From: Spirochaetia bacterium
GTDB lineage: Bacteria > Spirochaetota > Spirochaetia > SZUA-6 > Bin103
Direction: 5' to 3'
DNA length: 64,000 nt
Assembly: GCA_965203055.1 (NCBI GenBank)
Contig: OZ241863.1
Span: 1,984,001 to 2,048,000 of the forward strand
The notes beneath the pieces were generated by a model that worked only from the letters and a program-made list of their open reading frames with translations, was not told the DNA's origin and did no database searches. This document shows positions 40,115 to 52,264 of this stretch, one piece after another. Numbering within the stretch: the stretch's first letter is position 1; every line of letters starts with the position of its first letter. The position numbers and the translations under genes are program-made.

Positions 40115-43100
40115 ATCCGATCGCCTATACCGAGAACGTCGTGCGCAGCTTCCTGCGCTACCAGCTTACGGCGTACCCGTTCGCCGATCCGGGGCTGCAC
40201 CGGCAGATGCGGGAGCTGCTGTCGCTCGACCGGACGCGCCGCTCGCCGCTGCTCAAGGGGCCGTACGTCAGCCTGTCCCGTCCGTTCCGCGACGGCTGCG
40301 CGGTCGAGTCGCTGGTCGCCGAAGGGGTGCTCCATCCGCACCTGAGCGAGCGGATTCCGGCCGCGATCACCCATCTCCGCAGTCACCAGGAACAGGCGAT
40401 ACGCGCCATCGCCGCGGACCGGACCACGCTGATCTCCACCGGCACCGGTTCCGGCAAGACCGAGTGCTTCCTCTATCCCATCGTCAGCCAGTGTCTGAAG
40501 CTGCGCGATCAGGGGGCGCCGCCCGGCATCAGCGCCGTCATCGTCTATCCGATGAACGCGCTGGCCGAAGACCAGCTCATGCGCCTGCGCGGCCTGCTGG
40601 CCGGCACCGGCATTCCGTTCGGCATCTACGTCGGCAAGACGCCGGAAGGCGAAGCCGACGTGGCCGGCGTCCGGCTGCGGCCCGGCGCCTCGCGGGCCGA
40701 CTACGAGGCGCGGCTGCGGCGGGCGCAGCGCGAGGGCAGCGGCGAGACCGTGTATCCGGCCGAGGAAGTCTGTTCGCGGCAGATGATGCGCGCGCCGGGC
40801 CGGCAGCCGCGGGTGCTGCTCACCAACGTGAAGCAGCTCGAGTTGCTGCTCACGCGCCAGCAGGACATCCAGCTCTTCGCCGCCGCTCGCCTGGACTTCC
40901 TGGTGTTCGACGAAGCGCATACCTTCACCGGCGCCCTGGGCGCGGAGGCCGCCTGCCTGATCCGGCGGCTGCGCGCGTTCTGCGCGGCCGAGCCGGATCA
41001 CACCACCTGCGTCGCCACTTCGGCGACCATCGTCGACGACCGGGAACCGGAGGCCGCGCGCTCGTTCGCGGCGCGCTTCTTCGGCGTTCCCGCCGCCGCG
41101 GTGCGGACGGTCGGCGAGGACTACGAGGCGGAAGTATGGGCAGCGCCTCGGGTTACGCCTCCAGCGCCGCGGCAGGACGCCGCGGCCGTCCTGGACCGTT
41201 GCGTGCAAGCGGTCGACGAGGCTGACGATCGACCGGCCGCCGTGCGCGCCGCATACGCCGAACTGGCCGGTGAGGACCTGCCGCCGGGAGATTGGCCGGA
41301 CGCGCTCCACGCCGCTCTGTCGCGCAACGAAATCGTGTTCCGGTTGAACGAGGAACTCGGCGTGCCCAGAGCGCTCGCCGAGCTGCCCCCCGCCCTTGCG
41401 AGACACCTCGGGCGGCCGGTCGCCGAGGCCGAGGTTCTCGCCTGGTTGACGTTGGGCGCGGCGGCGCGCGCGAACGGCCGCCCGCTGCTGCGGCCCATCG
41501 TGCACGGCTTCGTGCGCGGCATCGGCGGCGCCGTGGCGACCTTCCCGGACGACTGCGCCGGGCCGCGCTTGTGGCTGGCCGCCGAAGACCAGCTCGCCGG
41601 CCGCGAGGGCCGCGAGCCCGGCGCCGGCCACGCGCACTTTGCCGTAACGACCTGCACGACCTGCGGGCAGCACTACTACCTCGCGTTCCTGGAAGACTTC
41701 AGCTACACCGGGGCCAAGCCCGGCGGCGGGAGAGTCGGCGCGGCCGGCTCCTGGTGGCCGGCGCTGGAGGAGGCGCAGGGCGGCAAGCGGGTCGTGCTGA
41801 TCGACCGCCTGATCGGCGCAACGGACGAGGATGCGGAAGAGCCGGCCCGCCACCCGCGGACGGCGCCGCTCCACTTCTGCCGCCGCTGCGGCGCCGCGCA
41901 CCCGGAGCCGGCGCCGCGCTGCCGGGCGTGCGGCGCCGCCGGCGGCCCGGTGACGCTGCAGGCCGTGCGCCAGCACGCCAAGAACCCCGGCCACCTGACG
42001 AGCTGTCTCTCATGCGGCGCCAGCGGCCGCCGCATGAGCGGCCGCTACCGCGAGCCGGCCCGGTCGGTGCGCGCGATCAACGTGGCCGACGTGCACGTCC
42101 TGACGCAGGACATGGTGCACCACGCCCAGCGGCAACGCCTGTTGGTGTTCTGCGACAACCGGCAGGACGCGGCGTTTCAGGCCGGATGGATGAAGGACCA
42201 TGCGCGGCGCTTCCGGCTGCGGGCGCTGATGGCCGCCGGCATCAAGGCCAGTCCGCGTTCGGTGGGCGATCTGGCCGGCTACCTGGACGATCGGCTGGAA
42301 GCCGACGAGACCTTGTCGCGGGCGCTGGTGCCGGAGGTGTGGCAGGTCGCGCGCCGCGAAAGCGGCGGCGGCCGGCATCAGCAGGAACGCCGCAAATTCC
42401 TGCGGTTTCAGGTGTTGCGCGAGGTGGCGCTGTCCTCCCGGCAGGCGCTCGGCCTGGAACCGTGGGGCCGCGTGAAGGTGGAGTACGTCGGGCTCGACGC
42501 TTCCCTGCCGTGGCTCCAGGAGCACGCTCACTCCCTCGGCATAGCGCCCGACGAGCTGCGCGAAGGCGTGGCCAGCGTCCTCGACTACCTGCGGCGCCGG
42601 CGCGCGCTGCACGACCCGGAGTACGAGATCTTCACGAAGTACTGGATGGAGGGCGACCGGGAGATTCAGCAGGGATACCTGCCCGGATTCCTGGGTCCCG
42701 CCGCCACCAAGCTGCGCCGGGAGGGAGCGGACAAGCCGGAGCTGGTCATGCAATGGCTGAGCGACCGCGGCGCTACCACGATCCGGCAGATCGCCGCGAC
42801 CTGGGGGGTTGCCGCAGGCGCGGTCGAGCCGGTGCTGGAGAGCCTGTTCGACCTGCTGGTCGAGCGGGAGCTGCTGGTGTCGGTGCGGCTCAAGGGCGCC
42901 CGCGGGCGTCCGTTGCCCAACGTGCAGGGCGTCTATCAGGTCAACGCCGACCGGTTGCGTCTGACCCCGAACCGGGGCGTGCGGCGCTGCCGGCGCTGCC
43001 GCCGCACCACCACGCGCAACCTGCCCCATCGGCGCTGCGCGGCCTGGCGCTGCGGCGGCGCGCTGGAGTGGGTGCGGGAAGACGATGACGACTACGACCT

Positions 43101-46074
43101 GCAGTTGCTCGACGGCGCCTACCTGATGCTGCGCCCGGAGGAGCATACGGCCATGGTCCCGCCCGACGAGCGCGAGCGGTTGGAGAACCTGTTCAAGGGG
43201 AGGTCGGAAGCCGTGAATTGCCTGGTCTGTACGCCGACCCTGGAGCTGGGGATCGACATCGGCCAGCTCGACTCCGTGCTGATGCGCAACGTGCCGCCGC
43301 TGCCGGCCAACTACTGGCAGCGCGCCGGCCGCGCTGGCCGCCGCCACCGCATGGCGGTCGACCTCACCTACTGCCGTCCGACGTCGCACGACCGTTCCTA
43401 CTTCCGGGAACCGCGCAAGCTGCTGGACGGCAGGATCGACCCGCCGGCGTTCAACCTGCGCAACGACGTGATGGTCGCCAAGCACGTGCGCGCAACCGTG
43501 ATCGCCGGCCTGCATCGCTGCTGCCGCGACGGTTCCCGGCCGCAGGAGGAACGGGACGCGATGCGCGCAATCCTCCAGGCCTGTCTGCCGCGGCACGTGG
43601 CGCCGTATCTGTTCGCCGGCGCCGAGGTGCGTACGGCGCCGGTCGACTTCTCCCCCTTGCGCGCGCTGGTTGCCGATCACGCCGCGGCGCTGACCGGCGA
43701 GGTGCGGCGCGTGTTCGCGCAGGGTTGGCCGGAGGCGGACGCCGAGGTGACCGCCCCGGACGAACTGCGCGCCCGGGTCGACGCGTTCGCCGATGACCTG
43801 GAGCAGGTGGTCGCCCGCCTGCGGCGCCGCTTGCGCTGGGCGCTGGATCAGATCCGCCGGCTGGACGTACGCCGCGAACGGCAGGGGACGCTCGACGCGG
43901 CCGACGAGGCGTTGTTCCGGCGTTGCGATAATCTGGTGAAGCGCCTGAAGGGCACCCGCCGGCGGCGCAGCCAGGCGGAGGGGCACGACGACTTCAACAC
44001 CTTCAACGTGCTGGCAGCCGAGGGGTTTCTGCCGGGCTACGGCCTGGAAGCGGGATCGGTGGTCGGCTGGGCGGAGATTCCGTTCTGGCGCACCGGCGCC
44101 ATGGACTTCTCCCTGCCCCGGCCGTCGGCGGCGGCGCTGCGGGAGTACGTTCCCGGCAACCTCATCTACGCCAACGGTCACCGCTTCGTGGCGCGGCGCT
44201 TCCATCGCGATATCGATGAAGAGCGGGCCGAGCTGCCCTGCTACGAGGTGGCGGTCGACCGCAAGGCGGTCCGGGAAGCCGCTCCGGGCGGCGGGTCGGC
44301 GCTCGGCGGGCGCGTGCTGCAGACGATGGCGGTCTGCGACGTCGACCTCATCCACACCGCGCACATCTCCGATGAGGAGGAGTTGCGCTTTCAGTTGGGC
44401 GTCGCCATCCACGGCCTGGAGACCGGCCAGCATAACGGCGGGACCGCGTACCGCTGGGGCCCGCAGCCGGCGCAGCTCCGGCGCGGGGTGCGCATGCGGC
44501 TGGTAAACGTGGGCGCGTCGGCCGCCATCGCCGGCGGCGAGCGGATCGGCTATCCGGTGTGCACGACATGCGGCCAGAGCATCTCTCCCCTTTCGTCCGA
44601 CCAGCAACGGCAACGGTTCGATCAGGACCACCGGCAGCGCTGCGGTCGCGCGCCGCGGTCGATCGGCTTCTACGCCGACGTGGTTGCCGACGCGCTGTCG
44701 CTGCCCGCCTGTGACAGCGCCGTAACCGCGTACAGCGTGCTGGAGGCGTTGCGGATCGGCGCCGCCAGCGTGCTGGACATGCACGGCGAAGACCTGCAGG
44801 TACTGGTCATCGGCCACGTCGACCGCGAGCAGGTCGACGGGCTGCTGTGGGACCCGATGCCGGGCGGTTCCGGACTGCTGGAACGCCTCTGCGAACGATT
44901 CTCCGAAGTCGTTGCGGCCGCCCGCGCGGTCGCCGCCGATTGCCCGGCGGCGTGCAAGTCGTCGTGCATCGACTGCCTGCAGACGTTTCGCAACGCCTAC
45001 TATCACCGCGACCTGAATCGCGCGGCGGCCTGCGACCGATTCGACGAGTGGGGCGCGCGGCTTGCGTTCGAGCATGCCATTCCGCCCCGGCAGCCGGTCG
45101 AGACACCGGGCGGGGACGCGCTGCCGGCCAACGAGGCGGAGCTCAGGCTGCGTCATCTGTTGCGCGCCGCGGGATTCGGGGAGGGCATTCGCGGCGAACA
45201 GCTTCGCTTGAGCCGCGCCTTGGGTACGACCACGCCGGACGTGATCTACCGCGCCGACGACGATGAGCCGGACGAAGGCGTCTGCATCTATCTGGACGGG
45301 CTGAGCGCGCATCTCCACGGCAATCCCGAGACTGCGGCGCGCGACCGCGAAATCCGCGATTGGCTGCGCAACGGCGGGTTCGACGTGATCGAGATCGCCG
45401 CCCACGATCTGCACGACCGGGAGGCGATGACGCGCCATTTTCGCCGGCTGGCGCAGTACCTGGGCATGCGCGCCGCCCGGCGCCGGCTGCGCGAAGACCC
45501 GTCGTGGTTCCACGGGCCGGAGCAGACGCCGGCGGCCGGCCGGCCGCCGTTGCGCCTGGTGTCGCCGGCGCCGGCCAGCCGCTACGTGACCTGCGTGCCG
45601 CTGGTCCCGCTGCAAGCCGCGGCCGGCGCGTTCGGCGGCGCCGATACGATCGCGGACGAATCGGAAGGCAAGTGGGAGTGGGTCGAGATCGACACCGGCC
45701 GTTCGCTGCGCCGCGGCATGTTCGTGGCGCGCGTCGACGGCAAGTCGATGGAGCCGCGCATACCGGACGGCTCCTATTGCCTGTTCGCCGGTCCGGTGAC
45801 CGGCACCCGCCAGGGACGCATCGTCCTCGCGCGACTGCTGAACGCCGTCGACCCGGACACCGGCCAGCGGTTCACCGTGAAGCGCTATCGGAGCGACAAG
45901 GCCGTCGACGAAGACGGCTGGCGCCACCTTTCCATCGTCCTGGAGCCGTTCAATCCCGATTACGAGCCGCTCGAACTGGCCGCCGAGGACGAGAGCCCGG
46001 TCGCCGTGATCGCCGAACTGATCGAGGTGATCGGCACCGAGGCGCCGTCCGACCGGCCCGCCGGCGAGCCCTAG
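40105..46074 (+). CDS. DEAD/DEAH helicase + DUF1998 + endonuclease-like + S24 peptidase fusion (DrmA/DrmB-like)
   Basis: TGTGSGKT, YPMNAL, DEAH, TPTLELGIDIG, QRAGRAGR; CPAACKSSCIDCL; PDVIY..YLDG..H; AAAGAF, GKSMEP, TVKRY. Confidence 0.88.
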   Translation: MPLNPIAYTENVVRSFLRYQLTAYPFADPGLHRQMRELLSLDRTRRSPLLKGPYVSLSRPFRDGCAVESLVAEGVLHPHLSERIPAAITHLRSHQEQAIRAIAADRTTLISTGTGSGKTECFLYPIVSQCLKLRDQGAPPGISAVIVYPMNALAEDQLMRLRGLLAGTGIPFGIYVGKTPEGEADVAGVRLRPGASRADYEARLRRAQREGSGETVYPAEEVCSRQMMRAPGRQPRVLLTNVKQLELLLTRQQDIQLFAAARLDFLVFDEAHTFTGALGAEAACLIRRLRAFCAAEPDHTTCVATSATIVDDREPEAARSFAARFFGVPAAAVRTVGEDYEAEVWAAPRVTPPAPRQDAAAVLDRCVQAVDEADDRPAAVRAAYAELAGEDLPPGDWPDALHAALSRNEIVFRLNEELGVPRALAELPPALARHLGRPVAEAEVLAWLTLGAAARANGRPLLRPIVHGFVRGIGGAVATFPDDCAGPRLWLAAEDQLAGREGREPGAGHAHFAVTTCTTCGQHYYLAFLEDFSYTGAKPGGGRVGAAGSWWPALEEAQGGKRVVLIDRLIGATDEDAEEPARHPRTAPLHFCRRCGAAHPEPAPRCRACGAAGGPVTLQAVRQHAKNPGHLTSCLSCGASGRRMSGRYREPARSVRAINVADVHVLTQDMVHHAQRQRLLVFCDNRQDAAFQAGWMKDHARRFRLRALMAAGIKASPRSVGDLAGYLDDRLEADETLSRALVPEVWQVARRESGGGRHQQERRKFLRFQVLREVALSSRQALGLEPWGRVKVEYVGLDASLPWLQEHAHSLGIAPDELREGVASVLDYLRRRRALHDPEYEIFTKYWMEGDREIQQGYLPGFLGPAATKLRREGADKPELVMQWLSDRGATTIRQIAATWGVAAGAVEPVLESLFDLLVERELLVSVRLKGARGRPLPNVQGVYQVNADRLRLTPNRGVRRCRRCRRTTTRNLPHRRCAAWRCGGALEWVREDDDDYDLQLLDGAYLMLRPEEHTAMVPPDERERLENLFKGRSEAVNCLVCTPTLELGIDIGQLDSVLMRNVPPLPANYWQRAGRAGRRHRMAVDLTYCRPTSHDRSYFREPRKLLDGRIDPPAFNLRNDVMVAKHVRATVIAGLHRCCRDGSRPQEERDAMRAILQACLPRHVAPYLFAGAEVRTAPVDFSPLRALVADHAAALTGEVRRVFAQGWPEADAEVTAPDELRARVDAFADDLEQVVARLRRRLRWALDQIRRLDVRRERQGTLDAADEALFRRCDNLVKRLKGTRRRRSQAEGHDDFNTFNVLAAEGFLPGYGLEAGSVVGWAEIPFWRTGAMDFSLPRPSAAALREYVPGNLIYANGHRFVARRFHRDIDEERAELPCYEVAVDRKAVREAAPGGGSALGGRVLQTMAVCDVDLIHTAHISDEEELRFQLGVAIHGLETGQHNGGTAYRWGPQPAQLRRGVRMRLVNVGASAAIAGGERIGYPVCTTCGQSISPLSSDQQRQRFDQDHRQRCGRAPRSIGFYADVVADALSLPACDSAVTAYSVLEALRIGAASVLDMHGEDLQVLVIGHVDREQVDGLLWDPMPGGSGLLERLCERFSEVVAAARAVAADCPAACKSSCIDCLQTFRNAYYHRDLNRAAACDRFDEWGARLAFEHAIPPRQPVETPGGDALPANEAELRLRHLLRAAGFGEGIRGEQLRLSRALGTTTPDVIYRADDDEPDEGVCIYLDGLSAHLHGNPETAARDREIRDWLRNGGFDVIEIAAHDLHDREAMTRHFRRLAQYLGMRAARRRLREDPSWFHGPEQTPAAGRPPLRLVSPAPASRYVTCVPLVPLQAAAGAFGGADTIADESEGKWEWVEIDTGRSLRRGMFVARVDGKSMEPRIPDGSYCLFAGPVTGTRQGRIVLARLLNAVDPDTGQRFTVKRYRSDKAVDEDGWRHLSIVLEPFNPDYEPLELAAEDESPVAVIAELIEVIGTEAPSDRPAGEP

Positions 46075-46093
46075 CTGGATCGGATCGGCGCCG

Positions 46094-49000
46094 TCAATCG
46101 CCGGCGGCGATGATGACCCGGTCGCCGGCGGTGCGGGCGAAGGTCTCCGGGGCGTACATCTCCTCCGCGGTGGCCGGCGGGACCACGAACGCGCCGGGAA
46201 TGGTAGCGCGCGTCGTGTACTGGAACTGGTAGACGCCGGCGCTCAGCAAGGACGCGAACGCCTCCGCGCGCTCGTCGCGCAGATTGTGGTGGTCGTACCA
46301 GGTCGTCCGCCACCACCGCCACTCCGGGGCATCGGCCAGGCCGATGCTCTCCAGGCCGGCCGGCAGCGGGTCGACCAGCGCCACGTGCACCCGCCGCGAC
46401 GGCACCGCCAGCGTCAACTCCACCCGCACGCGGCTGCCGGCGCGGATGCGCCACGCGCCGTCCGCGTCCCGGCGCACGTCCGCCGGATCGTCCACCGCGG
46501 CGTAGCGCCGCTCCACGCCGAAGCCGTGGGCGGCCGCTTCGTGCCGCAGGTCGGCGGGCGCGTAGCGCAGCCCCAGGCGGTAGTAGAGCCGCCCCGCGCC
46601 TTCCGCGCCGACGATCAGCGGCGCCGCCCCGCCCTCCTCCGCGCCGGCGCGGACCACCGCCAGCGGCAGGTCCAGACTGACCTGCTCCACCGAGCGGCCG
46701 CGGAACTCGCGCCCGCCGGCGTAGCGCCCGCCCAGCCATACCCCGGCCGTGAAGTCGGGCGGCCGTGACTCGAAGGTTCGGAAGTAGCGCTCCAGCGCCA
46801 GCAGCACCCACACGTTCTCCTGCGTGTTGGCCCAGCGCCCCTTGACGCGGTGGCCCAGCAGCCCGCGCACCAGCTTGGCGATCAGCCCGTCGTCGGGCCG
46901 GCCGCCGTCCGGCTGCGCGGCGATCAGCGCCTCCAGCAGGACCGCGTCCGAGCGGCGGCTGGAATGGAGCAGCAGGTAGGCGCCCTCCTCGTAGCCGGTG
47001 GCGATGGTGGCGGCGCCGGCGGTCTCCGTGACCCGGTCGTTCAGGAAGCCGGCGATCTCCCGCACCGCCGCCGCCGAGTCGGGATCGCCGGCCAGCGCCG
47101 ACAGCAGCCAGCCGATGCTCTCCGCGGAGAGGTTCTCAAGCCCGGCGCCGGCCACTAGCCGGCGCGCCGCGGCCGGGTCGCCGTCGCCGAGCAGCGCCCG
47201 CACGTACAGCGCGTAGGAGCGCAGCGCGAGGCGTTCCGAGCGGTCGTAGTCGCCGGGGATGTGGTCCTCGACGTTCCGCAGATACGCGCGCGAACGGTCG
47301 AGCGCCTCCTCCCGCACCGCGTAGCCCCGCTGCCGGGCGCGCGCCAGGGCGTGCGCGGCGTGGATGCTGTGGTACGGCCACGACCGCTCGTGCCGGTGCC
47401 AGATCGGGAAGCCGCCGTCCGCCCTCTGCAGATCCTGCAGGTTCTCCAGGTAGCGAGCCATCGCCCGCCTGATGGCGGCCGGTTCCGGCAGCCCGGTGGC
47501 GGTGAAGGCGGCCAGCACGTCGCGCAACGCGGCCACGGCGATGATGGCGGAGGCGATCTGCTCCGAGCATCCGTACGGGTAGCCCACCAGATAGAGGAAG
47601 GCATCACTGAGGCTCTGCAACAGGGTGGAAGAGAGCGTCACCTGCAGGCCGCCGTAGCCGGGGAGCACGGCCTCCGGCACGCTGATCCGGTGCCGGGCGG
47701 CAGCGCTGCGGGCGGCGGCGCTGCGGGTGGCGGCGCTGCCGGCGGCCGGTACGTCGATGTGGCCGTAGGCGGCGAATGCCTCGGCGACCGCCGGGGTGAA
47801 CACCGGCAGGTCGACGGCCGCGGCGTCGGCGAGGGCCGGCTCCGCAACCGCCGCGGCGGCGAAGCGGAAGCGGGCGGTGCCGGCGCGGGCCGCCGCCGCC
47901 GGGAAGCGCACCTCCACCCGATCGCCGGCCGGCACGGTCACCGCGTAGCCGGCGGCCTTACCGGCGCCATCCTCCGTACCGGCCACGGCGGGCGGCGAGC
48001 CGGCCGGCAAGTCGGGCGCCAGGTTGGCGTTGCGGGCGCGGGCGGCGACGTGGACCGGCAACGCCGCCTCGGTGCGGTTGTGGACCACGACCGGCAACTC
48101 GAAACGGTCGCCGAAGTTCAGGAAGCGGGGCGCCGACGGCCGCACCATCAGCGGCAGGCGGGCGGTCAGCGCGGCCTCGCCGGTGCCGAACTGCCGGGCG
48201 CCCGCCGCGGCCACGGCGATGATCCGGTAGCGGGTCAGGTTGTCCGGCAGCGTGACCGGTATCTGGGCGCCGCCTGCGGCGCCGGTGCGCACCTCCGGCT
48301 CAAACAGGGCGAGCGGGGCAAAGTCCTGCCGTACCGCGAGCGGCGGCGGCGCGCCGCGTTCCACCGCGGCGTCGGGCGCCCGCGAGAAACGGACGTCGGC
48401 TTCTTCAAGGGCGAACCCCTCCGGCCGCCCCCGGGCCGACCGGCCGGAATCCTCCCCCGCAGGCAGCGCCAGCGAAGCGCGGGTGTCATGGTCGCTGACG
48501 CCGGGCTCGCGCGGCGGGTAGAAGTCGGCGATCGGGTCCGGCGGCCGATAGCCGGCCAGCGACAGCACCGCCTCGTCGACCACCAGCACCGCAACCTCGG
48601 CGTCCGCCACCGGCGCGCCGGCGGCGTCCCGCACCGTCACGTCGATGGTGGTCCGGCCGCCGGGTTCGAGCTGCGCCGCGCGCGGCGCCACCTCTACCTG
48701 CAGGGTGCGGCTCACCGGCGGCACCGGCAGGTCGATGCTGCCGGCGGCGTAGGCGGGGCGGCCGCCGGCCGCGCCGAGCAGGTCGACCTGCACGTGCAGG
48801 TTGGGAATGAACCGCTCCGTGACCGGCACTTCCAGGGTGTGGGTCGGCCCGGCCAGCGTGAAGCGTTCGGCCGCGGCCAGTCCGTCCCGGCGCAGGGTGA
48901 GCATCCCCTCGGCCGGGAAGAAGGGCGCCTGCACCAGGATGCGCGCGCGGTCGCCGGGCAGGTAGCGGTCGCGGTCCGGTATCAGCCGCACCTCCTGCCG

Positions 49001-52000
49001 CGTCACGCCGCCGTCGTCGGGCCGGTAGCCGCCGCCGGTCGCCCAGCGCGTCAGCTCGGTCCGATTGCGCCGGCCGGCGGCGTCAATGACCTCGGCGGTG
49101 ACGCGGTAGGCGCCGCCGCGCGGCGTGGCGAAGGCGCAGGAAGCGAACGCGCCGGCGGGCGTGCGCGGGTCGGCGGCGACCTCGGCGTCAGCGGCGGTGG
49201 TGCGCAGCGCGCATTCCTGCACGTCCTGCTCGACCTCCTGCCACTCCCCGCCGCGCTGCTGCCAGTCGATCCGCGCCGCCCGCAGGGCGACCTCGTGCCC
49301 GGCGACCGCGGCGCCGTCGACGTCGGTCACGACCGCTTCCACCGCCAGCGGCTCGCCCTGCTCAACGAAGTAGCTGCCGGTACGCAGGCCCACGTAGCGG
49401 TCGGCCGGATGCACCAGCAGGTCGGCGCTGCCGCTCCAGGCCTGGCGGTTCACGTCGGCTACCGTGGCGGTCGCGTCGATGAGGACCGGAGTAGCCGCCG
49501 CGCCCGGCACGAAGTCGACGCGCAAGTGATGCGCGCCGCCGGCGCCGGTGGTGGAGCGCAACACGGCGCTTCCCAGCTCGTCGTCGTCCTGGTCCGTGCC
49601 GCCGGGGAAGCGCTGCCACCACGGCACCCAGGTGCCGAAGGCGAAGTCCGGCCAGTCCGGCGGCGCGTAGGAGGCGCGTTCGGCGTTCACCTGCCACTCC
49701 ACCCCGGCGCCCGGCAGCGGCCCGCCGGCGAAGTAGCGCGCCGTCGCCGTCAGCACCGCGTGGCCGCCGGCCACGTGCAAGCCGCCATCCGCCCCGCCGC
49801 TGACGGTCGCTTTCACCTCGAACTCGGGCCGGCGGAACTCCTGGACCTCGATGAAGTGAAGGTCGCGGTCGTTCCTCGCTTCGAGGGTGCCGCCGCCGGG
49901 CGACAGATAGATCCAGGCCGTTCCCAGGTCGATCCGTTCCGGCAGGTCGAGTTGGAAGTGAAATCCGCCCAGGCGGCTCAATGGCGCTTGCCCGGCGGCG
50001 ATGTCGTTGCGTCTCGCGTCGGTGACCCGATAGGCGACGTGGTCGGCCGCCCGCGGGCCGAACAGCTCCAGGTCGCCGGTCGGACCGCGCCGGGCGCGCC
50101 GCAGCCAGCCCTTGATGGCGGCGGTCTCACCCGGACGGTAGAGCCGGCGGTCGTCGAACACGGACATCCTCGTATCGGCACCCGGCTCGCGCCGATGCCA
50201 GACCGGCAGGAACACCGAATCGCCGCCGGCGCGGGCGATGATCACGTGGTCCTGGCCGCGGGAACGAAGCGGCAGCCGCGCCGTGCCGGCGTCGTCGGTT
50301 ACGGCGTGGCTGCCGCCGCGACTCGGCTCCACCCGGACCCCGCCGCGCGGCGCGCCGTCAGCCAGCCCGCTGACCCACACCAGCAGCTTACCGGCGTCGG
50401 CGAACGCGGTCAGCCCCAGACCGGTCACCTGCACCCAGCGTGTCTCGATATATTCGTCCTCCCAGAGCTGGTCGTCCTCCCAGAGGTCGTCTTCCTGGAG
50501 CCGGTCATGGTCCGCCGCGGCGGGTTGCAGGTGCAGGATCAGGTGACCGTAGGCGCCGTTCAGCGCCTCGGCCAAGTCGATGCCGGTATCGGTCACGGCG
50601 TCCTCCGCGCCGCGGATGCGGATCGTCCGGTCCAGCACCGGTTCGCCGAAACGGTCCGGCGGTGCGCCGGTGCGCCGTCCCTCCCAACGCAGATATTCCC
50701 CGTACCGCTCCGGCGCGACGCGAACGGCGCGCACGCGCACGCGGTCGACGTTGACCGTGCGCAGGGGAAAGACCGGTTCGCCGGACAGGAGGGTCGCCGG
50801 ATCGGCGCGCGGGATGGTCAGGTACGGTTCTGCCGGCTCTACGTCGAATCGGACCGACACGTCGTGCCGGAGCGGCTGGCCGAACGCGTCAGTCAGCCCG
50901 GCGTCGACGGTGACCGTATAAGTGGTGCGGGCGCGGGACGCGCCGTAGATCCGCATGTCATAGCCGGAGGCGGATAACTGCACGTCGGCGCCGTCCAGCT
51001 CGGGCCGGATGGCGATCAGGTCGGGATCGAACCGCTCGTCATCGAGCGAATTGTTGAAGGACAGCGTCCAGGGCATCCCGGCCCGGCAAGCGTCCCCCCG
51101 CCGCCCGCAATGGTGACCGCTAAGCTGCAGCGGCGCCGACGTATGGAAGCCAAAGCTGCGCCGGCGTTCGGTGGCGCGCGGCCCTTCGGCGGACGGCGTT
51201 CCGGCGGCGAAGGTCACGGTCACCGCGGCATCGGCCGGCAATGTCTCGACCGGGACGAACGCCAGCCAGCGGCCGGCGGGCGCCTCGTCGACCAGCCGCC
51301 GCACGGCTTCATCCGCCTCGATTTCGGCCGCCGCCGCCAGGCGCACCGGCCGGCGCTGCCCCTCGGCGGTCACGCGGACGTGCTCCAGCACCGCCGCCGG
51401 GTCGACGCGCTGGTCGAAGGCGGCGAACAGGACCGGCTGCGGGCCGGTCACGCTGTCGTCCGGATGCACGGTCCGCACGGTCGGCGCGGGCGTGCGGAAG
51501 GTCCACTCCACCGCCTCCGGCAGGAGGCCGCCGGCCGCGGAGGTGGTTCCGGCGGCGATCCGGACGCGGAACTCGGTGGCCATCGGCAGCCGGCCGGCGG
51601 CCGCCTCGAACAGGAGCGTGTCGGTCCCCACCCACCGCCAGCGGCCCGGCACCGCCGGCGACAGCGTGACCGGGTTGTCCTCCGGCGCCGGCTCGCGGGG
51701 ACTCCCAGCGCCACCAGCGGCTGGTTGAAGGTCACCCCCACGTGCGGCGCCAGGGCGACGTCGCCCCGCGGATAGGCGCGCAGCACCGCCAGCGGGCCGC
51801 CCGCGCCGGGCGCCGGCGCTGCCGGTGGTGGGTCGTCGGCCGGCGGCGGGAACGGCAGCGCGACCGCCCGACCGGGCGGGGGCGGCGGCCGGCTCCGCTC
51901 CGGCAGCCGGTACTCGACCGCGTCCCCGCCTCCCTCCGCGGCCGGCGCCAGCCGCGCCAGCCGCGCCAGCCGCGCCAGCAGCGGGCGCAGTTGCGCGTCC

Positions 52001-52173
52001 GCCAGCGGCGTCGCGGCGACGGCTGCCGGCGCCGCGGCGGCCGGCGGCTGCGCCTCGCTGAGGCGGAACGGCGGCTCTCCGGAACCCTCCAACGGCTGCC
52101 CGGCGGCGCCGGCCGCGCTACCGAGCGCCGCCGCCATGCCCATCACCCGTAATGCGCACCGAAAGGAGACCAT
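46094..52173 (-). CDS. Bacterial alpha-2-macroglobulin family protein, 1-bp frameshift about 51705
   Basis: DRRLYRPGE, VQEFRRPEF, LPDNLTRYRI, thioester YPYGCSEQ, DPLPAGLE, AEEMYAPE; N-terminus in ORF 51448..52203. Confidence 0.88.
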
Positions 52174-52264
52174 GCCATCGCATCGGACGCGGCAGCCTAT
52201 CACAGCGGGTCTGTTTGTGGACCAGACCAGACGGAACGGTTATGGTAGAGTCGAGGTCAGCGGT

